A DNA stretch of 64,000 bases, taken from positions 32,001-96,000 of the forward strand of contig CAWCDG010000002.1 in the NCBI GenBank assembly GCA_963794325.1, written 5' to 3'. Position numbers and translations under genes: made by a program. The notes under the pieces were generated by a model. The model had not been told where the DNA came from and did no database searches. It saw only the letters and a list, made by a program, of their open reading frames with translations. Shown here piece after piece: positions 62,741 through 64,000 of this stretch. How positions within the stretch are numbered: the first letter of the stretch is position 1; each line of letters starts with the position of its first letter. The DNA comes from an uncultured delta proteobacterium. Lineage in GTDB: Bacteria > Desulfobacterota > Binatia > Binatales > Binataceae.

Positions 62741-63520
62741 ATGGCGAGCGGAATCGGGATAGTCGTCTTCATCGGCGCAATTTTCGTTTTGAGCGGGCTC
62801 AAGGTCCTCAACGAGTACGAGCGCGGCGTCGTCTTTCGCCTCGGGCGCCTCACTCCTTATCGCGGGCCGGGAGTGATCTTCGTGATCCCCGTGCTCGAGC
62901 GGATGGCGCGAATCGATCTGCGGACCGTCACCCTCGACATCCCGCCGCAGGACGTCATCACCAAGGACAACGTGACGGTCAAGGTCAGCGCGGTGCTGTA
63001 TTTTCGCGTGGTCGATCCGTCGCGCGCGGTGACCGAGGTCGCCAACTACCTGTTCGCCACGATGCAGCTCGCGCAAACGACCTTGCGCTCGGTCGGCGGA
63101 CAGACCGAGCTCGACGAATTGCTCAGCCAGCGCGACAAGCTCAACGCGCGCATCCAGGAAATCGTCGATTCGCAAACCGAGCCGTGGGGCGTGAAGGTCA
63201 CGCTGGTCGAGCTGAAGAATATAGATCTGCCGCAGGACATGCAGCGCGCGATCGCGGCGCAGGCCGAGGCCGAGCGCGAGCGGCGCGCCAAGGTGATCGC
63301 GGCGGAAGGCGAATTCCAGGCGTCGCAGCGGCTCGCGGATGCGGCCGAGATCATGAGCAAGAGTCCCATCACGCTCCAGCTTCGCTATCTGCAGACACTC
63401 AAGGAGATAGCGACCGAAAACAATTCCACCACAGTCTTTCCGATGCCAATCGATCTGTTCGAACCGTTCCGCGCGTTCGCGAAACTGGCCGGCGTCGGCG
63501 ACGACAAGCCCAAGACCTGA
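62741..63520 (+). CDS. Slipin/stomatin (SPFH) protein
   Basis: [38 protein letters not shown]. Confidence 0.95.
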   Translation: MASGIGIVVFIGAIFVLSGLKVLNEYERGVVFRLGRLTPYRGPGVIFVIPVLERMARIDLRTVTLDIPPQDVITKDNVTVKVSAVLYFRVVDPSRAVTEVANYLFATMQLAQTTLRSVGGQTELDELLSQRDKLNARIQEIVDSQTEPWGVKVTLVELKNIDLPQDMQRAIAAQAEAERERRAKVIAAEGEFQASQRLADAAEIMSKSPITLQLRYLQTLKEIATENNSTTVFPMPIDLFEPFRAFAKLAGVGDDKPKT

Positions 63521-63576
63521 CGCTCCGCATCGTTTCGTTCGCACCGCGCTGAGTTTTCGGAGAAAATCTCTAGCTT

Positions 63577-64000
63577 ATGGGCAAGCTGATAATGGTTCGT
63601 CATGGCGAGAGCGAGGGCAACGCGATTCGACGCTTTACCACTTCGGGCGAGGCGAAGATCACGGACCTCGGCCGCCGTCAGGCTCTGGAAGCCGCCGTCA
63701 GAATCAAGCTGAAGTATCAGCCGATACTGGTGATTGCGAGCACCTTCGCGCGCGCCCGCGAAACAGGACTCATCATCGCCGCGGAGGTGGGCCTCCCGAT
63801 CGAGTACGAGCGCGGAGTTCCGCGAGATGAGCCTCGGCGATTTCGCCGGAAAGCCTTACGACTCGATCGCCAACGATCCCACCTTCGACCCACAGCGTTC
63901 ATGGCTATTTCGCGCGCCCAACGGCGAGAGTCATGAGGATGTCCTGAAGCGCGTCGCACCGGTACTCGATCGGGTCGCGGCAAAATATCCCGAGGACGAA
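63577..64000 (+). CDS. Histidine phosphatase, frameshifted near 63813, runs off the right edge
   Basis: VRHGESEGN. The +1 frame continues EFREMSLGDFAGK..APNGESHEDVLKRV. Confidence 0.88.

Overview
This is a high-GC bacterial chromosome segment. The gene content resembles Candidatus Binatota or a related delta-like lineage, which is an inference only. 1-8.8 kb is accessory DNA: a large STAND-like AAA ATPase/TPR regulator running off the left edge, a cytochrome c + IorA/IorB-type molybdoenzyme operon split by an HD-domain gene, and a DUF433/DUF5615 toxin-antitoxin pair. 8.85-17.87 kb is an integrase-less island bounded by tRNA-Val(TAC) and a displaced copy of its 3' half. It carries a sigma54-type ammonium-transporter operon (amtB, PII, TPR, DUF1646, a degenerate enhancer-binding protein) interleaved with four small membrane ORFs and a leader ORF, most missed by the ORF track, plus a NarL-type two-component pair and a Phd/VapC pair. 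Core genes follow: hupB-lon-clpX-clpP-tig, a MASE1 hybrid kinase, a TetR-led hopanoid cluster (hpnH, ispA, Zn-dehydrogenase, shc, dxr, hpnC/D/E/A, CruF-like, SDR, hpnG, hpnK), an M1 aminopeptidase, a probable selenoprotein (in-frame TGA in WASW-U-GC with a SECIS-like hairpin), and metabolic genes through mrp, ino1, coaBC, UDG, nfeD-slipin and a histidine phosphatase. A recurring signal is cargo DNA flanked by short duplicated gene ends (iorA/iorB junction, tig 3' end, coaBC 5' end). Two single-base frameshifts (ispA and the last gene) are probably sequencing errors. No CRISPR array, rRNA or transposase was seen.
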